From an uncultured Candidatus Rokubacteria bacterium (lineage in GTDB: Bacteria; Methylomirabilota; Methylomirabilia; Rokubacteriales; CSP1-6), in assembly GCA_963762145.1 (NCBI GenBank), contig CAVXJS010000014.1, forward strand, positions 256,001 to 320,000: DNA of 64,000 nt, read 5' to 3'. Numbering within the stretch: the stretch's first letter is position 1; each line of letters opens with the position of its first letter. A model generated the notes under the pieces. It worked only from the letters and a program-made list of their open reading frames with translations, made no database searches and was not told the DNA's origin. A program made the position numbers and the translations under genes. Of the stretch, positions 49,900-59,622 are shown in pieces.

Positions 49900-50779
49900 C
49901 TATTTCCTGCCGCCCTGTGCCTTTCGGTCGGGCGCGGCGGCGCGGCGGGGCGCCTTCACGGGGGGCTTCTTGGCGCTCGGGGTGCCGCCCTCCGCGGGGG
50001 CGGCGGCGCGCTTGGCCAGGCTCTGCTTGAGCGCGTCCATCAGGTCGATCACCTGGGCCCGCTGCGCCTCCGGCTCGACCGCGGTGATCTCCTTGCCCTC
50101 CACCTTCGAGTTCGCGAGGTCGAGCACGCGGCTCCGGTAGTCGTCCTCGTACTGCTCGGGCTTGAACTCGTCGTGCGAGAGCTCGCCGATCAGGCGCTCG
50201 GCGAGGCCGAGCTCGCCCTCGCGCAGCTTCACCGACTTGCCCTTCTCGATCTCGCCGAAGTCGCGCACCTCGTCGGCGAAGTACATCGTGTGCAGCATCA
50301 GCCCGTCCTGCGCGGGGCGGATCGAGCACGAGGCTCTCCTTGCCGCGCATCACGAACGTGGCCAATGCCACCTTGTCGCTCTTGGCCATCGCCTCGGCGA
50401 GGAGACGGTACGGCTTCTCGCCGCCCTTGTCCGGTCCGAGGTAGTACGTCTTCTCGAAGTAGATCGGGTCCACCGACGAGAGCGGGACGAACTCGGCGAT
50501 GTCGATGACCTTCGAGGCCTCGCCTTCGAGCGACTTCAGCTCCTCGTCGGTGAAGCGCACGTACTGGTCCTTCTGGAACTCGTAGCCCTTGACGAGCGCG
50601 CTGCGCTCGACCACCTCGTTGCAGGCCGGGCAGAAGGTCTGCTGCTTGATCCGGCTGCCGCACTTGGCGTGCAGCAGGTTGAAGCTCACTCCGCCCGACG
50701 ACGCGGCGGTGTACAGCTTCACCGGGATCGAGACGAGCCCGAAGGAAATGGTGCCGGAACCGAGTGAATGAGGCGCCAT
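49900..50779 (-). CDS. ku: NHEJ DNA end-binding protein Ku (frameshift near 50324)
   Basis: GTISFGLVSIPVKLY, LVKGYE, VDPIYFEKTYYL, VIDLMDALKQSL, basic tail. Confidence 0.92.
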
Positions 50780-50791
50780 GACCGTGAGACT

Positions 50792-50820
50792 TTGCACAGT
50801 ACCACGCGGGCAGCTATGCT
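50792..50820 (+). promoter_or_regulatory. Sigma70-type promoter for ligD
   Basis: TTGCAC-N17-TATGCT. Confidence 0.55.
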
Positions 50821-53655
50821 CCAAGACTCCGATGGCAACCGCACGGGATGGTGGTGCACGGGGCGAAAAGGGGCGACGTATTGGGCCCCCGAGCTCACCA
50901 CGTATCGCAAGATGCGGGACCCGCAGCGCACGCCGGAGCCCTTCGGCGGGCGGCCGCCCACCGGCGGCCGGCTCTTCGTGGTGCAGAAGCACGCGGCGCG
51001 GCGGCTGCACTACGATCTGCGCCTCGAGATGGACGGGGTGCTGAAGAGCTGGGCGGTGCCGAAGGGGCCGTCGGTCCACGCGGAGGAGAAACGGCTCGCG
51101 GTTCACGTCGAGGATCATCCCATCGAGTACGGCGATTTCGAGGGCGTGATCCCGCCCGGCAACTACGGGGCCGGCTCGGTCATCGTGTGGGACCGCGGCT
51201 GGTACCGGTCCGCCAAGCCCGAGGATCCCCTCGCGCAGCTCGCGCGCGGCAAGCTCGAGGTAGAGATCTTCGGCCACAAGATGCGCGGGCGGTGGACGCT
51301 GGCCCGCATGTCGGGCAAGGACAAGGACTGGCTCCTCCTCAAGAAGACGGACGGCGCCGCGCTCCCGCCCGACGCGGCCGAGCTGACCGAGCGGTATCCG
51401 CACTCGGTGCTCTCCGGTCTCACCGTCGAGGAGATGGCCAACGCCTCCGGGCGCCTCGCCACGATCCGCGCGCGGCTGGACGCGCTCGAGGCCCCGCGCG
51501 GCGAGGTCAGCGCGCGGCGACAGCCCTTCACGCTGGCCACCCTCGCCGACCGGCCGTTCTCGGATCCGGCCTGGCTCTTCGAGATCAAGTACGACGGCGT
51601 GCGCGTGCTCGCCGCGCGACGCGGGGACCGGGTCGAGCTGTACGGTCGGAGCGGCCAGGACACCACGTCGCGTTACCCGGAGGTGGTGCGCGCCCTGCGT
51701 GCGCTGCCGGTGGATTCGTTCGTGATCGACGGGGAGATCGTGGCCCTAGACGACGCGGGGCGGCCGAGCTTTCAGCGGCTGCAGCCGCGCATGGCGCTCA
51801 CGGATCCGCGCGAGATCGAGCGGATGGCGGTGCAGCGCCCCGCGATCGGCGTGTTCTTCGACTGCCTCATGCTCGACGGCCGCGATCTGCGGAAGCTGCC
51901 GCTCGTGGACCGCAAGGAATGCCTGCGCCGTCTGGTGCCCTCGCTCGGCGCGGTTCGCTACGGCGACCACGTATGGAGGAGGGGAAGGCCTTCTTCGACC
52001 TGGCCTCCGAGCAGCGGCTCGAGGGCATGGTGGCCAAGCGGGCGCGGAGCGTGTATTCGGGCGCGCGCACGCGAGACTGGATCAAGATCAAGTGCCAGCG
52101 GCGCCAGGAGTTCGTGATCGGGGGCTACACCGATCCCCAGGGCTCGCGCGGCCACTTCGGCGCCTTGCACCTGGGTGTCTACGACGGGCCCACCGAAGCC
52201 GCGCGCCTCGTGTACGTCTCGAAGGTCGGCACCGGCTTCGACGACGCCAGGCTCGAGGCGATCATGGCCAGGCTCCGACCGCTCGCCCGCGCCACGCCTC
52301 CCTTCGACGCGGGAGCCGTCCCCACCGGCCGGGGCCACCACTGGGTCGAGCCGCGCCTCGTCGCCGAGGTCCGCTTCACCGACTGGACCGACGACGGCGG
52401 CCTCCGTCACCCGACCTTCATCGACCTCAGAGACGACAAGAAGCCCCTCGAATGCCGACGAGAAGAGCCGGAGCAACCGCTGGAACCGGAGCCAGCGCCG
52501 GAACGACCGAAAGCGCCAAGTGCGCCGGAACGAAAGCCACCAGATCGCGCAATACGATCCGCGCGTCGCGGCCAGCGCAACCACGCGGGGGTGGGGGGGC
52601 TCGGGGGCGGAGCGGCATCCGCTCCCCCCCAATCAGAACAAGAAGCCCCTGTGGCACCAACACCGGCGCGCTTTCAGCCCACCAACGTCAAGAAAGTCCT
52701 CTGGCCCGGAGAGCCAGCCCTCACCAAGGGCGACTTGATCGGCTACTACGAGCGAGTCGCATCGCTGATGCTGCCGTATCTTCGCGATCGGCCGCTCGTG
52801 CTCACGCGGTTCCCCGACGGCATCACCGGCAAGTCGTTCTACCAGAAGGACGCGCCCGATTTCGCGCCGGCCTGGGTGCGCACCGAGCGCATCTACTCGC
52901 GCGACACCGAGCGCGACATCGCCTACCTGGTGGTGGACGACGTGGAGATGCTGCGCTACGTGGCCAACAGCGCGGCCCTTCCGATCCACGTCTGGGCCTC
53001 GCGGGTCCCGTCGCTCGAGCGGCCGGACTGGCTGGTGCTCGACCTCGACCCCAAGGGCGCGCCGTTCACCGACGTGGTTCGGGTCGCGCTCGCCCTGCGC
53101 GGCATCCTGGAGCGGCTCGAGCTGCCGAGCTACGTGAAGACGTCGGGGGCCACCGGGCTCCACATCATGCTGCCCCTAGGGGCGCGCTACACCTACGAGC
53201 AGTGCCGGACCTTCGCGCGGCTCCTCGCGGTGATGGGGGTGGAAGCGGAGCCCGAGATCTCGACCGTGGCCCGTCCGTTGCGGTCGCGAGGCGGAAAGGT
53301 CTATATCGACTTCGGCCAGAACGGCCACGGCCAGACCATCGTCGCGCCCTACTCGGTGCGGCCGCTCCCCGGCGCTCCCGCTTCGTGTCCGATCGAGTGG
53401 CGTGAGGTGACGTCCCGCCTGGATCCCGCGCGCTTCACGCTCGAGACCTTGCCCGCGCGCTTCGACAAGATGGCGGATCCGCTGACCCCGGTGCTCGGCG
53501 ACGGCATAGACATGGCCGCGGCCATCGAACGCATCGCGGAGCTGCACCAGAAACCCTCTCCCCTCAGGGGAGAGGGAAAGAGCAGGCTCAGCGGTCGAGC
53601 AGCTCCCGGAGCTGGCGGGCGAACGCGGGGCCGGTCCCGGCCTCCTCGTGCTTGA
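50816..53655 (+). CDS. ligD: NHEJ DNA ligase D, PE-LIG-POL domain order (frameshift near 51975; start uncertain)
   Basis: PE: FVVQKHAARRLHYDLRLE, SWAVPKGP; LIG: EIKYDG, DGEIV, EGMVAK, WIKIK; POL: TKGDL, RFPDG, LDLDP, KTSG..GLH, YSVRP. Confidence 0.92.
52591..52641 (+). repeat. In-frame palindromic element, copy 2 (encodes VGGLGGGAASAPPQSEQ), in the LigD LIG-POL linker
   Basis: GGGGG-c-GGAGCGG-cat-CCGCTCC-CCCCC hairpin; homologous to 7474..7524. Confidence 0.7.
53554..53576. repeat. REP-like core hairpin inside the 3' end of ligD
   Basis: CCCTCTCCCC-tca-GGGGAGAGGG, translated as PSPLRGEG. Confidence 0.75.
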
Positions 53656-54289
53656 AGTAGACGTAGGTGTCGCGCCAGCGTGCGTCGAGCTCCTTGATGC
53701 GCCGGCCCCAGCCCTCGAGATCTTCGGCGGTATAGCCCTGGTCGCGCAGGCGTAGATAGCCCCAGTCGGCGGTCACCTCGACCGGCGTGGTGTCCTCCTC
53801 GGTATCGGCCACGCAGAGCGAGGCGTTGGACGCGCGCAGGCGCTCGTAGACGTCGTCCGAGAACCAGCTCTCGTGGCGGAACTCCATCGCGCAGCGCAGG
53901 CCGGCGGGGAGCTGATCGAGCAGGCCGCCGAGCCGCACCAGGTCCTTCTTGAAGTTGGGCGGGAGCTGGAACAGCACCGGGCCGAGCTTGGGCCCGAGGC
54001 CGGCCGCGGTGTCGAGGAAGTAGCGGAGCGGATCCCCGATCTCGCGCAGCCGCGCGAAGTGGGTGATCCGCTGCGGCGCCTTCAGCGTGAACGAGAAGCC
54101 CGCGGGCGTCTCCGCGACCCAGCCCGCGATGGTCTTGGCATTGGGCATCCGGTAGAAGGTGTAATTGACCTCCACCGTCGAGAAGCGCTCGGCGTAGTAG
54201 GGCAGCATCTTGCCGGTGGGGAACTTCTCCGGATAGAACGAGCCGCGCCACTCCGGATAGTTGTAGCCGGACGTGCCGATGGCGATCAT
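53588..54289 (-). CDS. DUF72 family protein
   Basis: IGTSGYNY..W...FYP, VEVNYTFYRMP, LFQLPP, YLRLR, YVYFKH. Confidence 0.9.
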   Translation of the reverse strand: MIAIGTSGYNYPEWRGSFYPEKFPTGKMLPYYAERFSTVEVNYTFYRMPNAKTIAGWVAETPAGFSFTLKAPQRITHFARLREIGDPLRYFLDTAAGLGPKLGPVLFQLPPNFKKDLVRLGGLLDQLPAGLRCAMEFRHESWFSDDVYERLRASNASLCVADTEEDTTPVEVTADWGYLRLRDQGYTAEDLEGWGRRIKELDARWRDTYVYFKHEEAGTGPAFARQLRELLDR

Positions 54290-55089
54290 GCGAAGCGATG
54301 GAGCGCGATGCCGCAGGCGGCCGCGACGTTGAGGGAGTCGACGCCGGCGGCCATGGGGATGCGCACCTCGACGTCCGCGGCGGCGCGCGTCGCGTCGCTG
54401 AGCCCCGCGCCCTCGGCACCGAGCAGGAGCGCGAGCCGCGGCCGGCGCGGCGCCCGGCCCGCCACCTCGACGATGTCCTCCGCTTCCGCACCGGGGCAGA
54501 GGGCCACCAGCCGGTATCCGGCGTGGCGCAGCGCCGCGAGGGTGGCCGCCCAGTCGGGTACCTGCGCGAACGGCAGCGCGAGCGTGGCGCCCATGGAGAC
54601 CCGGATCGCCTTCCGGTAGAGCGGGTCGGCGCAGTGGCTCGACAGCAGCACCCCGGAGACTCCGAAGGCCGCCGCGTTCCGGAAGATCGCGCCGACATTG
54701 TCGGGATCGGTCACGCCCTCGAGCGCGAGCAGTGTGCGCGGGCCCATCGGGTCCATGAGCGCCCCGGGCGCGACGGGCTCGCCGCGCACGCCCAGCGCCA
54801 GGCAGCCGCGATGGAACTTGAAGCCCACGATGGCGCGGATCGTCTCGGCCGAGGCCACGTAGGCGGGCGTCGAGCCGTCGCGGGCGAGCAGGTCGCGGAG
54901 ATCATCGAGGACGGGCGGCGTCAGCAGGAGCGACTGGACCTGGAAGCGCCGGGTTTCGAGCAGGCGGCGAACCAGAAGACGGCCCTCGACGAGGAACAGA
55001 CCCTCGCGCCGCCGTAATTCACCGTCACGCGCGTCGCGGAATCCCGCGATGCGCGGATCGGTGGAATCCTCGACCATTTCGATCTTCAA
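54286..55089 (-). CDS. TrmH/SpoU family RNA methyltransferase
   Basis: DPDNVGAIFRNAAAFG, LGAEGAGL, IPM...DSLNVAAA. Confidence 0.9.
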   Translation of the reverse strand: MKIEMVEDSTDPRIAGFRDARDGELRRREGLFLVEGRLLVRRLLETRRFQVQSLLLTPPVLDDLRDLLARDGSTPAYVASAETIRAIVGFKFHRGCLALGVRGEPVAPGALMDPMGPRTLLALEGVTDPDNVGAIFRNAAAFGVSGVLLSSHCADPLYRKAIRVSMGATLALPFAQVPDWAATLAALRHAGYRLVALCPGAEAEDIVEVAGRAPRRPRLALLLGAEGAGLSDATRAAADVEVRIPMAAGVDSLNVAAACGIALHRFA

Positions 55090-55136
55090 CGCCGCCTCCG
55101 TGGCGGCTATGATCCCATGGCGAGGAAGGGACAGGA

Positions 55137-55162
55137 AAGGGCCCGGCGGGAACCGGGCCCTT
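55137..55162 (-). terminator. Intrinsic terminator downstream of the AT-hook gene
   Basis: Perfect 10-bp stem AAGGGCCCGG/CCGGGCCCTT with a 6-nt loop, running into TTTCCT on the minus strand. Confidence 0.7.
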
Positions 55163-55192
55163 CTACGAAGTTATTGGAAGAGGCGAGCGCGC

Positions 55193-55594
55193 CTACTGGT
55201 AGGCGACGATGCTCGTGGCCCACTCCGGGAGGTCGACGTCGGCCGGCCGGGGGAGGTCGAAGCGGATGCGGCTCAGCACGAACTGGGGAAGCGCGACGTG
55301 CTCCATGCAGCGCAGGCAGTAGAAATCGAGCTCGAGCTGGGCGCGGCGGCCCTGGAACTCGAGCGGCTGCTTGCAGACGGCGTGGTAGAGCTCGCCGTCA
55401 TGGCTCGCGTAGACCGTCGCGAGGGGCGACTTGGCGATCTCGGCGGCCAGCACCGAGTCCGGATGGCGCCGGCTGATGCCGGTGCTACCCTTCGGGCGGC
55501 CGCGCTTCCGCCGGACCTCAGGGGGGTGGGGATCGGTGGCGTGCTGCCTGGCTGCGCTCTCCCGGGGGCCGTGTACGCGATCTCGATTTCTCAT
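55193..55594 (-). CDS. Hypothetical AT-hook + zinc-ribbon protein (133 aa)
   Basis: RRKRGRPKGS; H-x2-C-x18-C-x2-C; GC-rich third positions; own terminator and an AT-richer upstream region. Confidence 0.7.
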   Translation of the reverse strand: MRNRDRVHGPRESAARQHATDPHPPEVRRKRGRPKGSTGISRRHPDSVLAAEIAKSPLATVYASHDGELYHAVCKQPLEFQGRRAQLELDFYCLRCMEHVALPQFVLSRIRFDLPRPADVDLPEWATSIVAYQ

Positions 55595-55757
55595 GCAAGG
55601 CGGTAAGAGCAAGAGGCGTTCCACAGGTGACACTATCAGCAACATATTGAAATAACTGACTTCGGATGCCGTCTATGGGGGCCATGGGGGCCTGGAAACC
55701 AACAAAATTCGGCGCACGATGGCCGGAGGTTGTCATCTCATCAACAGGAGGTTAGCG

Positions 55758-56045
55758 ATGCTCGGTGTCGTCGCGACGATCAAGGTGAAGCCGGGAATGG
55801 AGTCTCAGTTCGAGGCGGTGGCCAAGGAGCTGGTCGCCAAGGTCAACGCCAACGAGCCGGGCTGCCGGCTGTATGCGCTCCATCACGGTGAGGCCCCGCA
55901 GACCTACGTGTTCATGGAGCGTTACGCGGACCAGGCGGCGGTGGAGGCCCACCGGGCGACCGACTACTTCAAGGCGCTGGGCCGGAAGATGGGCGAGTTC
56001 ATGGAAGGGCGGCCGGAGATCCTCCGCCTGAAGGAAGTCGACTAG
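55758..56045 (+). CDS. ABM/putative quinol monooxygenase family protein
   Basis: EPGCRLY, FMERYAD..AVEAH; RBS AGGAGG. Confidence 0.88.
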   Translation: MLGVVATIKVKPGMESQFEAVAKELVAKVNANEPGCRLYALHHGEAPQTYVFMERYADQAAVEAHRATDYFKALGRKMGEFMEGRPEILRLKEVD

Positions 56046-56048
56046 CGG

Positions 56049-56312
56049 TCAGCCGCCGGCCAGCTTCACGGGGTAGCCGAGCGCGCGCAGCCGCGCGGCG
56101 AGGCGCTCCCGGTGGTCGCCCTGGATCTCGAGCACGCCGTCCTTCAGGGTGCCCCCGGCGCCGCAGAGCCGCTTGAGCTCGGAGAGGCGCGCTTCGAGCG
56201 CGGGGCCACGCTCGGGGAGCCCGTGAATCACGGTCACGGTCTTGCCGTTGCGTCCGCCGCGGTCGCGGAAGAGCCGGACGACGCCGTCGCGCGGAACGTG
56301 CGGAGCAGCCAC
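56049..56312 (-). CDS. yciH: SUI1/YciH translation initiation factor family protein
   Basis: GRNGKTVTVI, LKRLCGAGGTLKDG..EIQGDHR, VKLAGG. Confidence 0.85.
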   Translation of the reverse strand: MAAPHVPRDGVVRLFRDRGGRNGKTVTVIHGLPERGPALEARLSELKRLCGAGGTLKDGVLEIQGDHRERLAARLRALGYPVKLAGG

Positions 56313-56343
56313 CGCCAGAATCTAGCAGAAGGGGAGGAGCCTC

Positions 56344-57450
56344 GTGAAGATCACGGACGTCACGCTCACGCTGTTCGGCTGGGACAACATTCCCGCCACC
56401 ACCTACGGCCGGCACACCGGCAAGTTCGGCGGCCAGAGCCAGCTCGGGCTGCTCACCCTGCGCACCGACGAGGGCGCGGAGGGGCACGCCTTCCTGGGCT
56501 CGGCGAGCCGCGGCGCGAACTACGACGCCGAGTCGCTGATCGCCGCGCTCAAGCCCCTCGTGATGGATCAGGACCCGCTGGACCGGGAGCGGCTGTACCA
56601 GGCGCTGCTCTCGCGGAGCCGCCAGACCACGTGGCGCGCGATCGGCGCGGTGGACGTGGCGCTGTGGGATCTCGCGGGCAAGATCACCGGGCTCCCCATC
56701 CACCGGCTGCTCGGCTCCTACCGCGAGCGTCTCCCCGCCTACGCGAGCTCCGCGGTGCTGCCGTCCAAGCAGGCCTACGCGGAGGAAGCGGCGCGATTCA
56801 AGAGCGAGGGCTGGACCGCCTACAAGATTCACCCGCCGACCGATCCCCGGCTCGACATCGAGATCTGCGAGGCGGTGCGCGGGATGGTGGGCGACGCCTT
56901 CACCCTGATGCTCGACTCCACGTGGGCCTACGACTACCCGGCCGCGATCCGGGTGGGCCGCGCGGTCGAGCGCCTCGGCTACTACTGGTACGAGGACCCG
57001 CTGCCCGACGACGACCTCTACAACTACGTCAAGCTCAAGCAGCACCTCTCGATCCCGATCCTGGCCACCGAGTACGTGCCGGGCGGCTTCACCGCCTACG
57101 CGCCCTGGCTCGTCGCCCGCGCGACCGACTATCTCCGTGGGGACGTGGCGGTGAAGGGGGGTATCTCGGCGCTCGTGAAGACCGCGCACCTCGCGGAGGG
57201 CTTCCACATGAACTTCGAGATCCACCACGGCGGCAACTCGCTCAACAACGTGGCCAACCTCCACGTGGCGATGGCGATCCGCAACTGCGAGTTCTTCGAG
57301 GTGCTGCTCCCCGCGGAGGCCCAGAAGTACGGGCTCGTCGCCGACATCGAGGTGGACTCGCACGGCATGGTGCGGGCGCCGAGCGCGCCCGGCCTGGGGG
57401 CCCAGATCGACTTCGCGCTGATAGAGCGGAAGAAGATCGCGACGATTTGA
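56344..57450 (+). CDS. Mandelate racemase/muconate lactonizing enzyme family protein
   Basis: DVALWDLAGK, AYKIH, MLD, YEDP, ATE, PSAPGLG. Confidence 0.88.
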   Translation: MKITDVTLTLFGWDNIPATTYGRHTGKFGGQSQLGLLTLRTDEGAEGHAFLGSASRGANYDAESLIAALKPLVMDQDPLDRERLYQALLSRSRQTTWRAIGAVDVALWDLAGKITGLPIHRLLGSYRERLPAYASSAVLPSKQAYAEEAARFKSEGWTAYKIHPPTDPRLDIEICEAVRGMVGDAFTLMLDSTWAYDYPAAIRVGRAVERLGYYWYEDPLPDDDLYNYVKLKQHLSIPILATEYVPGGFTAYAPWLVARATDYLRGDVAVKGGISALVKTAHLAEGFHMNFEIHHGGNSLNNVANLHVAMAIRNCEFFEVLLPAEAQKYGLVADIEVDSHGMVRAPSAPGLGAQIDFALIERKKIATI

Positions 57451-57484
57451 TCGAAGGGGGCCTCGATGGCCCCCTCGGCCTCGA

Positions 57485-58372
57485 CTAGTCGAGGCCGGAA
57501 ACGATCGCGGTGAGGGCGGCGGCGGCGCGGTGGAGGGCGGCGGGCTCCAGCGTCTCGAGTGCGTCGGCGCTCGTGTGGTAGGTGTGGAACGGCGGGGGGC
57601 GGCGGATCAGGCTCCGCACGCTGGAGAGCACCGGGCTCAGCACGAAGCGGCGCAGGGCGTTCGCGTGAGCCCCTGGCACCATCGTGAAGCCGTAGGCGGG
57701 AATGCCCGCGGCCGCGAAGGCCCGGTGGTCGCTCCCGAACATCGGGATACGTCCGATCACCCGATGGCCCGCATCGCGCGCGAGGCCGATGGACTCGAGC
57801 GCCGCCGTCACCCCGTCCAGGAACGGGGTGAGCTCGCCCGCGTCCCAGAGGGCCACCGTGTCGCCGATGCCGCACAGCTCGAGGCTGAGTACGCCCGCGA
57901 TGTCGCTCAGCGGTGTGTCCTCCACGTAGGCGCGCGCGCCCAGGTAGTCGAGCTCCTCCGCGGCGGTGAAGAGCAGGCGCACCCGCCAGCCGCGCGGGAT
58001 CCGGGCGGGCAGGCGCGGGATCAGGTGCAGCAGGATGCCGACCGCGGCCGCGTTGTCGTTGGCCCCGGGACTGCCCGGCACCGCGTCGTGATGCGCGCAC
58101 AGCACCAGGACGCGCGGGCCCTCGCCGAGCTCGACCGCGAAGGTGTCGCCGCGGCCCTCGGGCCGCGTGAACCGATGGCGCGAGAACGCGATGCCGCGGT
58201 ACTGGAGGTAGCGGGGCAGGGCCGCCTCGCGTGCCGCGTTGTCGCGGCCGCAGAGCAGGCGGCTGAGCGCGGCGGGGGAATCGTCGCCCACCAGCACTCG
58301 CTCGAGCGGCGCGGGTGGCGCGATGGGGCCGCCGGGGCGGCGATTCAGCCACCGCCCCAGCGACCGCAGCAC
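57485..58372 (-). CDS. M28 family peptidase-like protein
   Basis: AHHDAV, PGANDNAA, FTAAEE, SDH..F, YHT..D; start uncertain. Confidence 0.8.
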   Translation of the reverse strand: MLRSLGRWLNRRPGGPIAPPAPLERVLVGDDSPAALSRLLCGRDNAAREAALPRYLQYRGIAFSRHRFTRPEGRGDTFAVELGEGPRVLVLCAHHDAVPGSPGANDNAAAVGILLHLIPRLPARIPRGWRVRLLFTAAEELDYLGARAYVEDTPLSDIAGVLSLELCGIGDTVALWDAGELTPFLDGVTAALESIGLARDAGHRVIGRIPMFGSDHRAFAAAGIPAYGFTMVPGAHANALRRFVLSPVLSSVRSLIRRPPPFHTYHTSADALETLEPAALHRAAAALTAIVSGLD

Positions 58373-58401
58373 GAGCTGGGCCGCCGCGTGGGCGACCCTT
58401 C

Positions 58402-59499
58402 TCAGTTGAACACGACCACGCCGCGGGCGACCTGGCCGGTCCGCAGCGCGGTGAAGCCCTCGTTGATGTCCTCGATCTTGTAGGTGCGGCTGACCAGCTC
58501 GTCGATCTTGAGGCGGCCGTCCAGGTAGAGATCCACCAGCTTGGGGAAGTCGATGTTCGGGCGCACCGAGCCGTACATCGTGCCCTTGATCGACTTCTCC
58601 TGGAGCGCCATGTTGTAGGGCGTGATCGGCGCGCGCACGTTGAGCGCGGCCATGCCCACGATCACCGCGGTGCCGCCCGGCCGGATCGCTTCCACGATCT
58701 GCAGCGTGGTGGCCTCGCCGCCGATGGCGTCGAAGGCGTAGTCCACCCCGCGCCCGCCCGGGGTCAGCTCGCGCACGCGGTCCACCACGTTCTCGCTCTT
58801 GGCGTTGATGGTGTGGGTCGCCCCGAAGTCCTTGGCGTAGGTGAGCTTGCTGTCGAGCAGATCCGCGGCCACGATGATGCCGGCCCCGGCCAGCTTCGCG
58901 CCCTGCACCACGTTGAGCCCGACGCCGCCGCAGCCGATCACCAGCACCGAGGCGCCCGCCTCCACCTCGGCGCAGCGAGTCACCGCGCCCACGCCGGTGG
59001 GCACGCAGCAGCCCATGAGCGCGGCCTGCGGCCACGGCATCTCCTTGCGGATGGGCACCAGCATCTCGGCCGGGCACACCACCTGCTCGGAGAAGGTGCC
59101 GATGCGCGCCATCTGGAAGATGTCCTGCCCGTTGCGCTTGAGCCGGAAGGTGCCGTCGAGCATGCCCCAGCGCGGCGAGGTGTGCCCGTCGCACAGGATG
59201 GAGCGGCCCATCGAACAGTAGAGGCAGTGGCCGCACTGCGGGCGGAACGAGAAGATGATGTGGTCGCCGGGCTTGACGTTCGTGACCCCCGGCCCCACCT
59301 CCTCGACCATGCCCGCCGCCTCGTGGCCCAGGACCATCGGCAGGGGCGGGGTCCAGTCCCCGTTCATGATGTGCCAGTCACTGTGGCAGATGCCGGCGGC
59401 CTTGACCTTCACGCGCGCTTCCCCGGCTTTCGGCCCTTCCTGGACCAGATCGACCACTTCGAGCGGAGTATTGGCCTTGTAGAGGACGGCGGCTTTCAC
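58402..59499 (-). CDS. Zinc-dependent alcohol dehydrogenase (class III-like MDR)
   Basis: GICHSD, GHEAAG, CGHCLYC, GCGGVGL, INEGF. Confidence 0.9.
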   Translation of the reverse strand: MKAAVLYKANTPLEVVDLVQEGPKAGEARVKVKAAGICHSDWHIMNGDWTPPLPMVLGHEAAGMVEEVGPGVTNVKPGDHIIFSFRPQCGHCLYCSMGRSILCDGHTSPRWGMLDGTFRLKRNGQDIFQMARIGTFSEQVVCPAEMLVPIRKEMPWPQAALMGCCVPTGVGAVTRCAEVEAGASVLVIGCGGVGLNVVQGAKLAGAGIIVAADLLDSKLTYAKDFGATHTINAKSENVVDRVRELTPGGRGVDYAFDAIGGEATTLQIVEAIRPGGTAVIVGMAALNVRAPITPYNMALQEKSIKGTMYGSVRPNIDFPKLVDLYLDGRLKIDELVSRTYKIEDINEGFTALRTGQVARGVVVFN

Positions 59500-59516
59500 G
59501 GGGATCTCCTTCTTAT

Positions 59517-59550
59517 CCCTCTCCCCTAGGGGAGAGGGCCGGGTGAGGGG
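59517..59550. repeat. REP-like element, right half, in the ADH leader
   Basis: CCCTCTCCCC-ta-GGGGAGAGGGCCGGGTGAGGGG. Confidence 0.8.
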
Positions 59551-59573
59551 TGAAACACCGGGCTGCGCGGCCG

Positions 59574-59602
59574 ATGATGCGGTGGGGCGCTGGCCCTGTC
59601 AA
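59574..59602 (-). promoter_or_regulatory. Sigma70-type promoter for the ADH gene
   Basis: TTGACA-N17-CATCAT; a divergent TATCAT lies at 59609-59614. Confidence 0.55.
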
Positions 59603-59622
59603 GCGCGGTATCATCTGTCGCC

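Noticed and set aside
50300-52000. Programmed frameshifting in ku or ligD
   Set aside because: No slippery sequence is evident, and similar single-base indels occur throughout the window, consistent with sequencing error.
35241-55594. SET methyltransferase plus AT-hook protein as a chromatin-like writer/substrate pair
   Set aside because: They are 20 kb apart with nothing in the sequence linking them; speculation only.
57452-57492. Hairpins GAAGGGGGCC-tcgat-GGCCCCCTC and GGCCTCGACTAGTCGAGGCC between convergent genes
   Set aside because: Single occurrence in this window; plausibly a bidirectional terminator or a fragment of another repeat family, but not supportable further.
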